Numbered from the stretch's first letter, positions 9,360 to 19,922 are shown. The stretch is DNA of 57,937 nucleotides from Candidatus Daviesbacteria bacterium (GCA_021731695.1 JAKFWZ010000053.1:1-57937); one strand, 5' to 3'. A program made the numbers and translations. The notes: generated by a model from the sequence alone, not told the origin.

Positions 9360-10886
9360 ATGCCAAATCCTAAGGACAACGAAGAAGAGGACAAAGTAGC
9401 AGCCGCCTACGAAAACATCTCCAAAAAGCTTGAAGACATAAGAAGCGGAAAAGGTTCCGATGATGAAGATTCTGAAGAAGATGAAAAACCCAAGCATGTT
9501 AATGAAGACGAACTCGAAGAGTGGAAAGGTCCGAAAGGAGTAAAGAGTGAAGAGGGAAGAGCAGAAATAGAGGATGAGGATATTGAGCTTCGAAAGGTGA
9601 AACTTGAGCACTCGGAAGGCGATGATGAAGATGAAGAAGATGATGAGTCGAAGGAGTCGGAGGATTCGGATGGGTCGAATGATGATAAAAACGAAAAAGT
9701 AGATGAAGAGACTGAAGAGAGAGAAGAAAAGAGTTCCAAAGGCGATGACGATAAAGAGGATGAAGACTCTGAGCCTGTAAAAAAATGGAAACCAGAAGAA
9801 AATGATCCTCTGGATGATGATGAAGATTCAGAATCTGACGAAAAAGAAGATGTGCAAAGCTTGCGATCTGACGATCTAAAGCAAAACTTGCGATCCAGCG
9901 ATCTAGAATCTGAGGAATCCGATGAAGATGAAAAACCAAAGAGAGATTTTGAGCCTGAAAAGTTTGAAGAAGAAGCTCCGATAAGACACTCGAGAGATGA
10001 TGAAGATGAATTCGAAGAAACAATACGCCCCTCCGACGGAGGTGAGATTGCTTCGCAGGACTCGGAAGTCGTTCAGACTTCTTCCCCTCGCAATGACGAA
10101 CAATCAAAACCAAAAAGTGAATATTTTGGTGAAGATGTAAAACCAGGACATGATTTTGAAAGAGATGAATCAGACGTAAGCTTCAGAAAACCGCAGTCTT
10201 CGCCGGATACGCTGGATGATTTAGCAAATAAGCCTGCAAGTGAAGATGATGATTATCATATTCCGAACCTGAAAGGGGCTAGACACGAGCAGGGGGATAT
10301 GGAGTACAATGCTGACCCCTCGAGACAAAGACACGAGAGAGCTTATAACAATATGGACAATATGTCTAAAGATAGCGATCCTAATAATTTCTTCTCACAG
10401 CATCAGCAAAGTCCAAAACGCGCGAACAAGTTCCATCTTCTTATTTTAGTTTTAATTGGAATTGCAGTTATTGGTTTTACCGTTTATATTCTTAAAGGGG
10501 GTTTTGGTGAGATAAATATCACACCTGAAGCAAGTCCAAGTCCCTCACCTGTAGAATCTGCAAGCCCAACTCCGACACCAACTCCAGAACCAACAGTCGA
10601 AAGAGGCGACTTTACTATCAGGGTCTTAAACGGAACTTCAACAACAGGTCTTGCGGGAACCGTATCAGATAAACTCGAAGAATTAGGTTATGAAACTGCG
10701 AATCCGGGAAATGCAACCAATTCTGCTTTCACTCAGACTCAGATCCGTATTAAAGAAGGCGAAAATGCGACTGCGCTTTTTGAGAGACTTAAGCTTGATT
10801 TGGCTCCTGATTATGATGCGCAACAATCAACAAATTTACCTGATAATTCCACAAACGATGCGGAAGTCATCCTCGGTGCAAACTGA
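9360..10886 (+). CDS. Membrane protein with very acidic disordered N-terminus and LytR C-terminal domain
   Basis: D/E-rich region, one TM, PT linker, 'IRVLNGTSTTGLAG...L...GY....GNA...VILG'. Confidence 0.8.
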   Translation: MPNPKDNEEEDKVAAAYENISKKLEDIRSGKGSDDEDSEEDEKPKHVNEDELEEWKGPKGVKSEEGRAEIEDEDIELRKVKLEHSEGDDEDEEDDESKESEDSDGSNDDKNEKVDEETEEREEKSSKGDDDKEDEDSEPVKKWKPEENDPLDDDEDSESDEKEDVQSLRSDDLKQNLRSSDLESEESDEDEKPKRDFEPEKFEEEAPIRHSRDDEDEFEETIRPSDGGEIASQDSEVVQTSSPRNDEQSKPKSEYFGEDVKPGHDFERDESDVSFRKPQSSPDTLDDLANKPASEDDDYHIPNLKGARHEQGDMEYNADPSRQRHERAYNNMDNMSKDSDPNNFFSQHQQSPKRANKFHLLILVLIGIAVIGFTVYILKGGFGEINITPEASPSPSPVESASPTPTPTPEPTVERGDFTIRVLNGTSTTGLAGTVSDKLEELGYETANPGNATNSAFTQTQIRIKEGENATALFERLKLDLAPDYDAQQSTNLPDNSTNDAEVILGAN

Positions 10887-11042
10887 GTTCACGACAGACA
10901 ATACGCCCAATTTCAAAGAAATTGTGAAGTCTGCGGCTTCTCTTCCTCGAGAAGAATCCAATTAATGATAGAATATCAAGTCTTCTCTCGTAATAACCTT
11001 TAAGAGTATTTTTTGGGCCTTCCGGAGCTAGTTTTCAAACCT

Positions 11043-11810
11043 TTAAGTAGTTGCAACTTTCTTCGTATTTCCTTTTTTTGACATAAGAAGATTCAAAATC
11101 AGAATAGCCTCAAACAAACCAATAATTGGTAGTGCGAGCAGGACATCGGCCAGAATTGAGTCTGCGGGAAGAAAAATTACGAAGAAAATAGCAGCTGTAT
11201 AAATCCACTTACGCTGTTTACTGAGCTGTCTGTTATTAATAATACCCAACCGCAAAAGTATCAGCAAAACTATCGGAAACTGAAAAGCAAAACCCATAAG
11301 AACTGATGTTAAAAGTACAGTACTTAAAAGACGGCTGATATCTAAAATGTTTCCTATACCTAAGGAAATGGATTTGGATAAAAATATTTCGATTTGCCAT
11401 TTCATAATAAAAAACCCGAATAAAAATCCTGCCAGAAAAAGGATAAGCGAAACCGGTATGGACCTTACAACCATACTGAATTCTTTTATTTTTAGAGCAG
11501 GCTTGAAGAAAGATAAGACCTGATAAAGGATAAGAGGTAAAGTTAAAATTAATCCGCTGGCGATTCCGCAGCTAATTGCCAGATTAATGAATTGGAATGG
11601 TGAAGTGAAAACGATGTTGATTCCTTTAAGGCTTAAAATCTCAATCAAAAACCTTATTATATTTTCATAAAAAAGAAATCCGACTATTGTTGAAGCTGCA
11701 AAAACACAGGAAGTTAAAATAATCCTTTTTCGTATTTCTTTTAGAAAAGGGGAATATTTTTCGATTATTGTATTGAATTCAGGAAACTGCGAAGGTTGAT
11801 TATTTTCCAT
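11043..11810 (-). CDS. tatC: Twin-arginine translocase subunit TatC
   Basis: 'LKEIRKRII', 'LPLILYQV..F.KPAL', 'GFAFQFPIV', six TM segments; next to tatA genes. Confidence 0.85.
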   Translation of the reverse strand: MENNQPSQFPEFNTIIEKYSPFLKEIRKRIILTSCVFAASTIVGFLFYENIIRFLIEILSLKGINIVFTSPFQFINLAISCGIASGLILTLPLILYQVLSFFKPALKIKEFSMVVRSIPVSLILFLAGFLFGFFIMKWQIEIFLSKSISLGIGNILDISRLLSTVLLTSVLMGFAFQFPIVLLILLRLGIINNRQLSKQRKWIYTAAIFFVIFLPADSILADVLLALPIIGLFEAILILNLLMSKKGNTKKVATT

Positions 11811-11891
11811 TCTCCTCTTGAATCTTTCCAGTTGACCGCAAGGCCTTAGTTAAACTCACTATAATCTTTGAAGCAGTTGCTAAACAAGTAG

Positions 11892-12308
11892 CTAGGCTAG
11901 ATCTACTGCGTTTTTAAAATGTTTATTAATTTCGGCTTTAGCTAAATATTTATCTCTTGAAGAGAGATTGGGAATATCAATAACTAAATGCCTGTCGGAA
12001 TCAAATTTAAAAGTAGGTTTGTGCCTTTCTTTAAATCTCTTGTATTTATTGCCGGATTCATCAGTAATTTCTTCAATCAAATGGGGGAATCTATCCATTA
12101 ATTTAGAGAGAGCCAGATTTTTCCTGGGGTTTTCTTCAGTTACAGCTGCGTAAATTTCTTTATCGTTTAAGTTTTTGTGTGCTTCGCATTTGTTAGTAAC
12201 TCTATGAACTGAATGTGTTCTCTGCTCTTCGGGAGCAGTATCTTCCCAGGAGTATTCAATGATGCAAGTGCAAGTATCTGGTCGCCATCGAGTTGTATGT
12301 AATGTCAT
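11892..12308 (-). CDS. Hypothetical protein (WRPDTCxC motif) inside the tat cluster
   Basis: 138-aa ORF with Cys/His cluster (DTCTC...KCEAH); no TM. Confidence 0.6.
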   Translation of the reverse strand: MTLHTTRWRPDTCTCIIEYSWEDTAPEEQRTHSVHRVTNKCEAHKNLNDKEIYAAVTEENPRKNLALSKLMDRFPHLIEEITDESGNKYKRFKERHKPTFKFDSDRHLVIDIPNLSSRDKYLAKAEINKHFKNAVDLA

Positions 12309-12336
12309 AACAATATTATATTAGAAGCAGGAATTA

Positions 12337-12492
12337 TTATGAACTAGAAGACTCGTCTTTAGATGCTTTTTTAAATTCTTTCATAGCTTCGCCCAAGCCT
12401 TTAAAAAGTTCCGGGATTTTTTTACCGCCAAAAAGAAGAACAATTATTAATCCGATTATCAGCCATTCAGTGACACCTATTGATTGAAGCAT
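12337..12492 (-). CDS. tatA: TatA/E subunit (canonical; not in ORF track)
   Basis: Hand translation [51 protein letters not shown] (51 aa). Confidence 0.9.
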   Translation of the reverse strand: MLQSIGVTEWLIIGLIIVLLFGGKKIPELFKGLGEAMKEFKKASKDESSSS

Positions 12493-12510
12493 AATTTATC
12501 TGAGACCCCT

Positions 12511-12702
12511 TTAATCTTTGCCGGATTTTGAATCGTCGCTTGCGGCTTTAGCAAATTCTTTTTTAACATTTTTAATTTCTTTAACCGTTTCTCCACTGGT
12601 TCGTGCGAAAGCGGTGATTATTTTGCTTCCAAACAAGAGTAGTAAGATTACAGCAATGATTATAAGTTCAGTAGGACCGATATTTTTTATAAAGTCTAAC
12701 AT
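12511..12702 (-). CDS. tatA: TatA/E-family subunit (divergent)
   Basis: 'IGPTELIIIAVILLLLFGSK' plus amphipathic helix. Confidence 0.8.
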   Translation of the reverse strand: MLDFIKNIGPTELIIIAVILLLLFGSKIITAFARTSGETVKEIKNVKKEFAKAASDDSKSGKD

Positions 12703-12793
12703 GGTGATTTGATAACTATATAACCTAAATTCTAAAAAGACAAGCAGTCAAAATATGATATATTTTCAAGCCAAAATGTATTTTAAACCTAAA

Positions 12794-12997
12794 TCAATAT
12801 CCGGCGCTCATTGCGGCTGAGTACCAATCCTCACCATCCCAAAATTCTAAATTATTTGTCTGAATATTGAATCCAAAAGTTCCTCTTCTGGGTTTTTTTG
12901 GCCTGGTTTCTGAATTCCATGCGGCTATCGTCGGTAGACCAATCATCATTGATAAACCCTGCCCGAGATTTACAAAATAGGGGTAATTGTTTGCCAT
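12794..12997 (-). CDS. Small protein homologous to the C-terminal domain of the giant repeat protein
   Basis: 'WNSETRPKKPRRGTFGFNIQTNNLEFWDG..W' vs 'WNVAGRPKNPKVGTVGFNIQTKSLEYWNG..W'. Confidence 0.7.
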   Translation of the reverse strand: MANNYPYFVNLGQGLSMMIGLPTIAAWNSETRPKKPRRGTFGFNIQTNNLEFWDGEDWYSAAMSAGY

Positions 12998-13045
12998 GCG
13001 TTTGAAGTTATTATATAGACCAGAATAACAGGCTTCAAGTAATTA

Positions 13046-16000
13046 CTATTTATACATTCTTAGAATCATCCAGACCACTCCATTCCAATACTCAAGACTC
13101 TTTGTCTGAATATTAAATCCGACTGTTCCCACTTTTGGATTTTTTGGTCGACCGGCCACATTCCACATCGGAATGGTTGGTGCGGAATTTGGCCCTTGCT
13201 GGAATCCGAGAGATTCATTAATTACAAAGTTATTTTTAAGAAAAATAGCAGGTTCCCGCGCAAGCACTTCAAGAGGAGGAAGCGATGGGCTGGGCGAAAT
13301 GGAAGATAAATCTGATGGTTGGGGTGCTGCAGCAGGTGCTGTTGCTGTTGAAGGTCCTGGTGGTCCAGGTGGTGTCGGACTTGGTGAAGGACTTGGTGAA
13401 GGACTTGGTGACGGTGAAACGCTTGTGCTTGGAGGTGGTGGGGCTGAAGGGCTAATAGAAGCAGAAGGTGATTCAGAGGAGCTTGCAGACGGACTTTGTG
13501 AAGCTGATGGGCTTACTGATACTGATGGAGAGACTGATTCGCTTGTTGAACCGGAGGGACTGGTAGATGGACTTTCTGAAACAGAAGGACTCGAGGATGG
13601 TGAAGCAGATGCTGAAGGTGATGTACTCGGGCTTTCGCTAATACTTGGCGAAGCAGACGGACTTTGTGAAGCAGACGGACTTGTTGAGACCGAAGGAGAT
13701 GCGCTAGGAGATGCACTTGGCGAAGCTGATGGAGAAATTGAAACTGATGGAGATGCTGAAGGCGACGCACTGACAGAAGGAGATGCACTTGGCGAAGCTG
13801 ATACAGAAGGTGAAGTCGACGGACTTGCTGACGGTGAAGCAGAAGGAGATGTGCTTGGAGACACAGATGGACTTACAGATGGGCTTAACGATACAGAAGG
13901 AGATGCACTTGGCGAAGCTGATACTGATGGACTGGTTGAAGGAGATGCGCTTACTGAAGGTGATGTTGAGGCTGATGGTGAGGTAGAAGGGCTTTCGCTA
14001 ACACTAGGCGAGGTCGAAGGCGATGCACTGACGGAAGGTGAAACTGAAACACTTGGGCTTGTAGATGGACTTTCTGAAACTGAAGGTGAAGTACTTGGAC
14101 TTGCACTAGCGCTGGGGCTAGTGGAGGCAGACGGGCTTACTGAAGGCGATGCGCTTACTGAAGGTGACGTACTAGGACTTAGTGATGCAGACGGGCTTGT
14201 GGATGGGCTTAATGATACTGAAGGTGATGTACTCGGGCTAGATGATGCAGAAGGTGAAGTTGATACAGAGGGACTAGTTGAAGGACTGGAAGATACCGAA
14301 GGACTTGTTGATACAGATGGGGATGTTGATGGTGAAGCAGATGCTGAAGGTGAAATAGAAACTGAAGGACTTGTTGATGGTGAAGCACTAACAGAAGGAG
14401 ATGTTGAAACTGAAGGTGAAGTTGATGGGCTAGATGAAACAGATGGACTTGTTGAAACTGATGGACTTGTACTTGGGCTTTCAGAGACAGAAGGTGAAAC
14501 AGAAACTGAAGGACTTGTTGATGGTGAAGCACTAACTGAAGGAGATGTTGAAACTGAAGGTGAAGTTGATGGGCTAGATGATACAGAAGGTGAAGTGGAA
14601 ACACTGGGTGAAGTAGATGGCGATGAGCTAACAGATGGTGATGTTGATACTGATGGACTGGTTGAAGGACTGGAACTTACCGAAGGTGAAACTGAAACAC
14701 TCGGACTGGTAGATGGACTTTCTGAAACAGATGGACTTAATGAAGGAGACAGCGAAGGAGACAATGATGGAGAAAGTGAAGGTGAAACCGATACACTAGG
14801 TGAAACTGATGGTGAGGAACTAACTGAAGGAGATGTACTTACAGAAGGACTTGTACTTGGACTTTCAGAGACTGAAGGTGATGTAGAAACTGAAGGACTA
14901 GTGCTTGGACTGGAACTTACTGAAGGTGAAGTTGAAACAGATGGTGACGTAGATGGTGAAGCACTAACAGATGGACTTGTTGAAACTGAAGGACTTGTTG
15001 ATGGTGACGCACTTACTGAAGGAGATGTACTTACAGAAGGACTAGTGCTCGGTGAAGATGATACAGATGGAGAGGTTGATACAGATGGGGATGTTGATGG
15101 TGAAGCACTTACTGAAGGAGATGTAGAAACTGAAGGTGATGTTGATGGGCTAGATGATACAGATGGTGAAGTTGATACAGAAGGTGATGTTGATGGTGAG
15201 GAACTAACTGAAGGAGATGTACTTACAGAAGGACTTGTTGATGGTGAGGAACTAACTGAAGGAGACGTAGAAACAGAAGGACTTGTACTTGGACTTTCAG
15301 AGACTGAAGGAGATGTTGATACTGAGGGACTAGTTGAAGGCGATGCGCTAACAGAGGGTGAGGTAGAAACGCTCGGACTTGTTGATGGTGAGGAACTTAC
15401 TGAAGGAGATGTAGATACTGAAGGTGAAGTACTTGGGCTAGAACTTACAGAAGGTGAAGTTGATACAGATGGGGATGTTGATGGTGAGGAACTAACTGAA
15501 GGAGATGTAGAAACTGAAGGTGAAGTACTTGGACTGGAACTTACCGAAGGTGAAGTGGATACTGAGGGGCTAGTTGAAGGACTGGATGAAACAGATGGAC
15601 TTGTTGAAACAGATGGACTTGTTGAAACAGAAGGACTTGTACTTGGACTTTCAGAGATTGAAGGTGAAGTTGATACTGATGGACTAGTTGAGGGACTGGA
15701 ACTTACTGAAGGTGAAGTTGATACTGATGGACTAGTTGAGGGACTGGAACTTACTGAAGGTGAAGTTGATACTGATGGGGATGTTGATGGTGAAGCACTA
15801 ACAGATGGACTTGTTGAAACAGAAGGACTAGTACTTGGACTGGAACTTACTGAGGGTGAAGTGGAAACACTAGGTGAAGTAGATGGCGATGAGCTAACAG
15901 ATGGTGATGTTGATACTGAAGGACTAGTGCTTGGACTGGAACTTACCGAAGGTGAAGTGGATACTGAGGGGCTAGTTGAAGGACTGGATGAAACAGATGG

Positions 16001-18241
16001 ACTTGTTGAAACAGAAGGACTTGTACTTGGACTTTCAGAGACTGAAGGTGAAGTGGATACTGATGGACTAGTTGAGGGACTGGAACTTACTGAAGGTGAA
16101 GTTGATACTGATGGACTAGTTGAGGGACTGGAACTTACTGAAGGTGAAACTGAAACACTCGGACTGGTAGATGGACTTTCTGAAACAGATGGACTTAATG
16201 AAGGAGAAAGACTTTGGCTAAGCGAAGGACTTAATGAAGGACTAATTGAAACAGAAGGGCTTACTGAAGGCGATTCACTAACTGAAGGTGAAACCGATAC
16301 ACTAGGTGAAACTGATGGTGAAGCACTAACTGAAGGAGATGTAGAAACTGAAGGTGAAGTTGATGGACTAGATGATACAGATGGACTTGTTGAAACTGAT
16401 GGACTTGTACTTGGGCTTTCAGAGACAGAAGGTGAAACAGAAACTGAAGGACTTGTTGAAGGAGATGAACTAACAGAGGGTGAGGTAGAAACGCTCGGAC
16501 TAGTAGAGGGGCTTTCAGAGACTGAAGGAGATGTAGATACTGAAGGTGAAGTACTTGGGCTAGAACTTACTGAGGGTGAAGTTGATACAGATGGTGATGT
16601 TGATGGTGATGCACTAACTGAAGGAGATGTAGAAACTGAAGGTGAAGTTGATGGGCTAGATGAAACAGATGGTGATGTTGATACTGAAGGACTGGTACTT
16701 GGGCTTTCAGAGACTGAAGGACTGACTGAAACCGATGGAGAAACTGAAGGTGAAGCAGATGGCCCTGATGCAACAGTAAAAAGGGCGCCAAAAGTATTCA
16801 TTGTCAAGGCCGTACCTGTTGCGCCTGTTATTAATACATAATTAATCTCGTCAGTTGCTGAAAATGAGTCTGAATTAGAAGAATCCTCAAACCAGCCTGT
16901 CGTATTAGCTGTTATAGAAACGCTTGAGTTAGCAGCCCCCTGATTCTTTCTTATGCTAAAAGTGCTGGCAGCTGAAACAGTATTTGCTGATATATAAATT
17001 TCTAAATTAGAGGCTGTGAAGGACATATTTGCCTCTGCAGATAAATCCGACTCAGTTACGACATTTGGGTTTGCATTTCCTCCAAGCGTTTGGTACCTTG
17101 TCAGGTTAGCGGTTATTGAGCGCCCGGTGCTTCTTCCATTAACTACGTGGAATTTATTCGCGGTCGAGATCATCTCGGTAGAAATAGTTTCAATAACCAG
17201 AGCATTGCTATCTGCCCCCATAACAATGGCGTAGTTAACTAAATCTCCTGAGACTAAAGAATCACTGTTTGAGGTGTCTTCGAAGATTCCTGTAGCTGAA
17301 GCAGTAATAGACACTGACAGGTTTCCGTTGGCAGTATTTACCCTGGATCTGACTGTAGATGTGGTGGTTCTTGCGTTAGAGCTGACATAAACAAAGAGAT
17401 TTTTCCAGGTGAATGAGGCTTTAACTTTAAATTGGTTGAGGGTTTCGTCAGTAGTATTAAGAGGCCCTAAGTAACTTCCTATTAGCGGATAGACAGTACC
17501 ATTGTTGGTAGTAATACTTAGGCCGTTACCAACCACGGCATGGTGGGTAACAGTTAAATCCGAAGAGCCGGTGTAAATTGAGGTTAAGGTGGTGTAAACG
17601 AAGCTACTTCCCCCAGACCCGACAGCTATAGAAGCGTTAACTTCATCACCTGCTAAAATTGAATCAGAGTTGGTGGTGTCCTCGAATTCTCCTGTTGTCG
17701 AGGCTGTTATGGAAACAGACTGATTTCCGTTTGCACCGTTAATACGGCTTCTGAGAGTTGAAGCACCCCTGTCGTTTGATGTTATCCGGATATAGAGCAT
17801 ACTCAGAGTTCCTGCGGTTCTGTAGGTAATCTGGGTATTAGCCTCAGTGGTAACATCGGCACTAATAAGGGTATTTGAGGCTAAAGGGGCATAATAAGTG
17901 GTGCTCGCACTTAAGCTAGTACCATTACCTGCTGAAGCTTGTAAAACTGATGTACCACCAGCTATGCTCGGAGAAACTGAAGGTGATGAGCTTACTGAAG
18001 GACTAGCTGAAGGTGAAATTGAAGGACTGGCTGAAGGTGAAATTGAAGGAGAAACTGAAGATGAAACAGAAGGACTTGCAGAGGCTCCTGCTATAATTGG
18101 ATAATTCTCACCTGGATATATCTGACCTGGATAGTCAGTTCCTATGCCTCCGGCATTATTTGTAGGATTTGTTGGAGCGCTTCCACCACTAGAATTAGCC
18201 TGGCCGGGGTATGCCCCGCCAAACGTGTTAGACCCATACAT
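13046..18241 (-). CDS. Giant Ser/Pro-rich repeat protein (1731 aa), putative surface glycoprotein
   Basis: Three tandem ~130-aa beta-rich repeats, ~1100 aa of SPSVSx-SPST-SPSVST repeats, short fibre-like C-terminal domain; co-oriented with the locus. Confidence 0.85.
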   Translation of the reverse strand: MYGSNTFGGAYPGQANSSGGSAPTNPTNNAGGIGTDYPGQIYPGENYPIIAGASASPSVSSSVSPSISPSASPSISPSASPSVSSSPSVSPSIAGGTSVLQASAGNGTSLSASTTYYAPLASNTLISADVTTEANTQITYRTAGTLSMLYIRITSNDRGASTLRSRINGANGNQSVSITASTTGEFEDTTNSDSILAGDEVNASIAVGSGGSSFVYTTLTSIYTGSSDLTVTHHAVVGNGLSITTNNGTVYPLIGSYLGPLNTTDETLNQFKVKASFTWKNLFVYVSSNARTTTSTVRSRVNTANGNLSVSITASATGIFEDTSNSDSLVSGDLVNYAIVMGADSNALVIETISTEMISTANKFHVVNGRSTGRSITANLTRYQTLGGNANPNVVTESDLSAEANMSFTASNLEIYISANTVSAASTFSIRKNQGAANSSVSITANTTGWFEDSSNSDSFSATDEINYVLITGATGTALTMNTFGALFTVASGPSASPSVSPSVSVSPSVSESPSTSPSVSTSPSVSSSPSTSPSVSTSPSVSASPSTSPSVSTSPSVSSSPSTSPSVSTSPSVSESPSTSPSVSTSPSVSSSPSTSPSVSVSPSVSESPSTSPSVSTSPSVSSSPSTSPSVSTSPSVSASPSVSPSVSVSPSVSESPSVSPSVSISPSLSPSLSQSLSPSLSPSVSESPSTSPSVSVSPSVSSSPSTSPSVSTSPSVSSSPSTSPSVSTSPSVSESPSTSPSVSTSPSVSSSPSTSPSVSTSPSVSSSPSTSPSVSTSPSVSSSPSTSPSVSTSPSVSSSPSTSPSVSTSPSVSASPSTSPSVSTSPSVSSSPSTSPSVSTSPSVSSSPSTSPSVSTSPSISESPSTSPSVSTSPSVSTSPSVSSSPSTSPSVSTSPSVSSSPSTSPSVSTSPSVSSSPSTSPSVSTSPSVSSSPSTSPSVSTSPSVSSSPSTSPSVSTSPSVSASPSTSPSVSTSPSVSESPSTSPSVSTSPSVSSSPSTSPSVSTSPSVSSSPSTSPSVSTSPSVSSSPSTSPSVSTSPSVSASPSTSPSVSTSPSVSSSPSTSPSVSTSPSVSASPSTSPSVSTSPSVSASPSTSPSVSTSPSVSSSPSTSPSVSTSPSVSESPSTSPSVSTSPSVSSSPSVSPSVSVSPSLSPSLSPSLSPSLSPSVSESPSTSPSVSVSPSVSSSPSTSPSVSTSPSVSSSPSTSPSVSTSPSVSSSPSTSPSVSTSPSVSASPSTSPSVSVSPSVSESPSTSPSVSTSPSVSSSPSTSPSVSTSPSVSASPSTSPSVSISPSASASPSTSPSVSTSPSVSSSPSTSPSVSTSPSASSSPSTSPSVSLSPSTSPSASLSPSTSPSVSASPSVSPSASTSPSASASPSTSPSVSESPSTSPSVSVSPSVSASPSTSPSVSESPSTSPSASTSPSVSASPSTSPSVSASPSASPSVSLSPSVSPSVSPSTSPSASPSASPSTSPSVSASPSASPSVSASPSASPSVSISPSASPSASPSASPSVSTSPSASQSPSASPSISESPSTSPSASASPSSSPSVSESPSTSPSGSTSESVSPSVSVSPSASQSPSASSSESPSASISPSAPPPPSTSVSPSPSPSPSPSPSPTPPGPPGPSTATAPAAAPQPSDLSSISPSPSLPPLEVLAREPAIFLKNNFVINESLGFQQGPNSAPTIPMWNVAGRPKNPKVGTVGFNIQTKSLEYWNGVVWMILRMYK

Positions 18242-18421
18242 ATTCTATTCAAGTCTAGCATTCAGAAGAGGTTTTCGCGATCCTTATGAAGGAGTTATTT
18301 CAAATAAAGAACTTTGTTCATTTTCGGGCGAAAAACTATGTCTCTGGAAGATTAATGTAGAACAAGAGAAACCGCGGACATTATAATTTCTTTTAGAAAT
18401 TGGGGTGTTTGATGTGGAGTC

Positions 18422-19000
18422 TCACTTTTTTAGAAGTACTGCCTGAATATCCATGACTACATTTGTATAATGTCTTACTGCAAAGGCTTTTGATTCTTCG
18501 CTTCGCATTGCCCAGTCAGGAGTGAAATCATAGCCATACGAATAGTCGAAATCGCATGTTATTGGATAATGATCGAGCTTGTTTGCCTCTCTCCAGCCTT
18601 TATTATAATAAAGAAAAGTAGCCTCGCTGATTGCTCTGGTATGAGTTGGATCCTGCCAGGCTCGCATTGAGTTGTAATAAGGAGCGCGGATTATGGCTGT
18701 AGCTCCGGGAGCCATAATTCTGTATAACTCATTCATGAAAGCAATTAAATCTTTTGTGTGTTCAATATAGTGATTACAGACTATCTCATCAACACTATTG
18801 TCCGGAAAAGGCCAGGGGAATTTTTCTAAATCCCAAACTATATCAGTATCTTTTGTGTCTGCGATATCAACCCCGAAAAAGCCCGGAGTTTTATTTGATC
18901 CGCAGGCAATATCAAGCCTGAAGGGGTGGAGAAGCTCGTGGGTTTTGCCGTTTGCTTTGACTTTAATTATATTTGGGTTTTCTTCTTTTTTCTTGGCCAT
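18422..19000 (-). CDS. Class I SAM-dependent methyltransferase (type 11-like)
   Basis: 'RLDIACGSNK..GFFGVD', 'PWPFPDNSVDEI...HYIEH', 'AWQDPTH'. Confidence 0.8.
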   Translation of the reverse strand: MAKKKEENPNIIKVKANGKTHELLHPFRLDIACGSNKTPGFFGVDIADTKDTDIVWDLEKFPWPFPDNSVDEIVCNHYIEHTKDLIAFMNELYRIMAPGATAIIRAPYYNSMRAWQDPTHTRAISEATFLYYNKGWREANKLDHYPITCDFDYSYGYDFTPDWAMRSEESKAFAVRHYTNVVMDIQAVLLKK

Positions 19001-19027
19001 GTTTATTTGGTTTTAGGTTAGTGGGTC

Positions 19028-19105
19028 AGGAAGCTGGTATGGTTTAGGGGTTAAGGTTGCTGGGCTTCTCTTTATTCTTAAACCCAACTTCCATACCAGC
19101 TTCCT
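19028..19105. repeat. Intergenic long hairpin
   Basis: Perfect 15-bp IR aggaagctggtatgg / ccataccagcttcct. Confidence 0.6.
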
Positions 19106-19124
19106 AACCATATACCTTTTTTGC

Positions 19125-19859
19125 TCACCAGACTATATCACTGTCTGCATCATAATGTCCAACTTTGACTCTGGTATCGCATGCTACCTTATAGCCTAGT
19201 TTATGTATATTTTCAAAAAAATAAAGATCCTGCGTATAGCCTCTGGCGCCGACTCCGGGTTTATATTCCTGTAAAGTCTTAAACCAGGGCTTTGGAACTT
19301 TTGGATCCTTAAAAATATCCAATTTAAATAATGTAAAACCCATGCCGAGTCCGTTGCATTCCTGAATTGTTTCCGGCTGGGGAATCTGGGGGATAAAGGT
19401 TAGGGGGATTTCGTGAGGATTGCCGTAAATCATAGGCTGGCCGAGTTCGCCCTTTGTCCAATATAGTCCGCCGATTGCATCAAACTTATCCATATTCTCG
19501 TATAGCTTTAAGAGTCCGTCCGGAGGAGGCATGTTGTCTTCTTCTAAAGTTAAAATATATTTCCACTGCGATAAGTTCGGATCGGCTAAAATTCCCTCGA
19601 TCATGTTTGTATAAGCGGCTCCAACTTCCATACCGATTGCAAACATTCTGATGAATTTTTGGTTCATCGGAGTGAAAAGCGCCCACCAATTTTGGATAAC
19701 CTTTGCGTGGACCATTCCCCGGGTAGGGATAATGCAGATAGTGGAGAGGTCCTGATATGTTTGAGATCTTGCAAGTCTCTCGCCCGCAGCTTTAAGATCG
19801 CTATTATGTCTGCCCTGATAATTATCAACAACAATCTGAGGTTTTACTGTACTATTCAT
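19125..19859 (-). CDS. GT-A fold glycosyltransferase-like protein
   Basis: 'ICIIPTRG', 'ILTLEEDNMPPPD', 'GLGMGFTLFK..F', 'QDLYF...G.KV.CDTRVKVGH'. Confidence 0.7.
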   Translation of the reverse strand: MNSTVKPQIVVDNYQGRHNSDLKAAGERLARSQTYQDLSTICIIPTRGMVHAKVIQNWWALFTPMNQKFIRMFAIGMEVGAAYTNMIEGILADPNLSQWKYILTLEEDNMPPPDGLLKLYENMDKFDAIGGLYWTKGELGQPMIYGNPHEIPLTFIPQIPQPETIQECNGLGMGFTLFKLDIFKDPKVPKPWFKTLQEYKPGVGARGYTQDLYFFENIHKLGYKVACDTRVKVGHYDADSDIVW

Positions 19860-19922
19860 ATTTACTTGATTACTGCGCAGGTACCGCTTCGCAGCTGATC
19901 ATTTTTCGGAGTATAGCAAATA

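Noticed and set aside
13173-16841. 1222-aa plus-strand ORF (G/E/T/D repeats)
   Set aside because: Antisense shadow of the Ser/Pro repeat; the minus-strand ORF has real terminal domains and matches locus orientation
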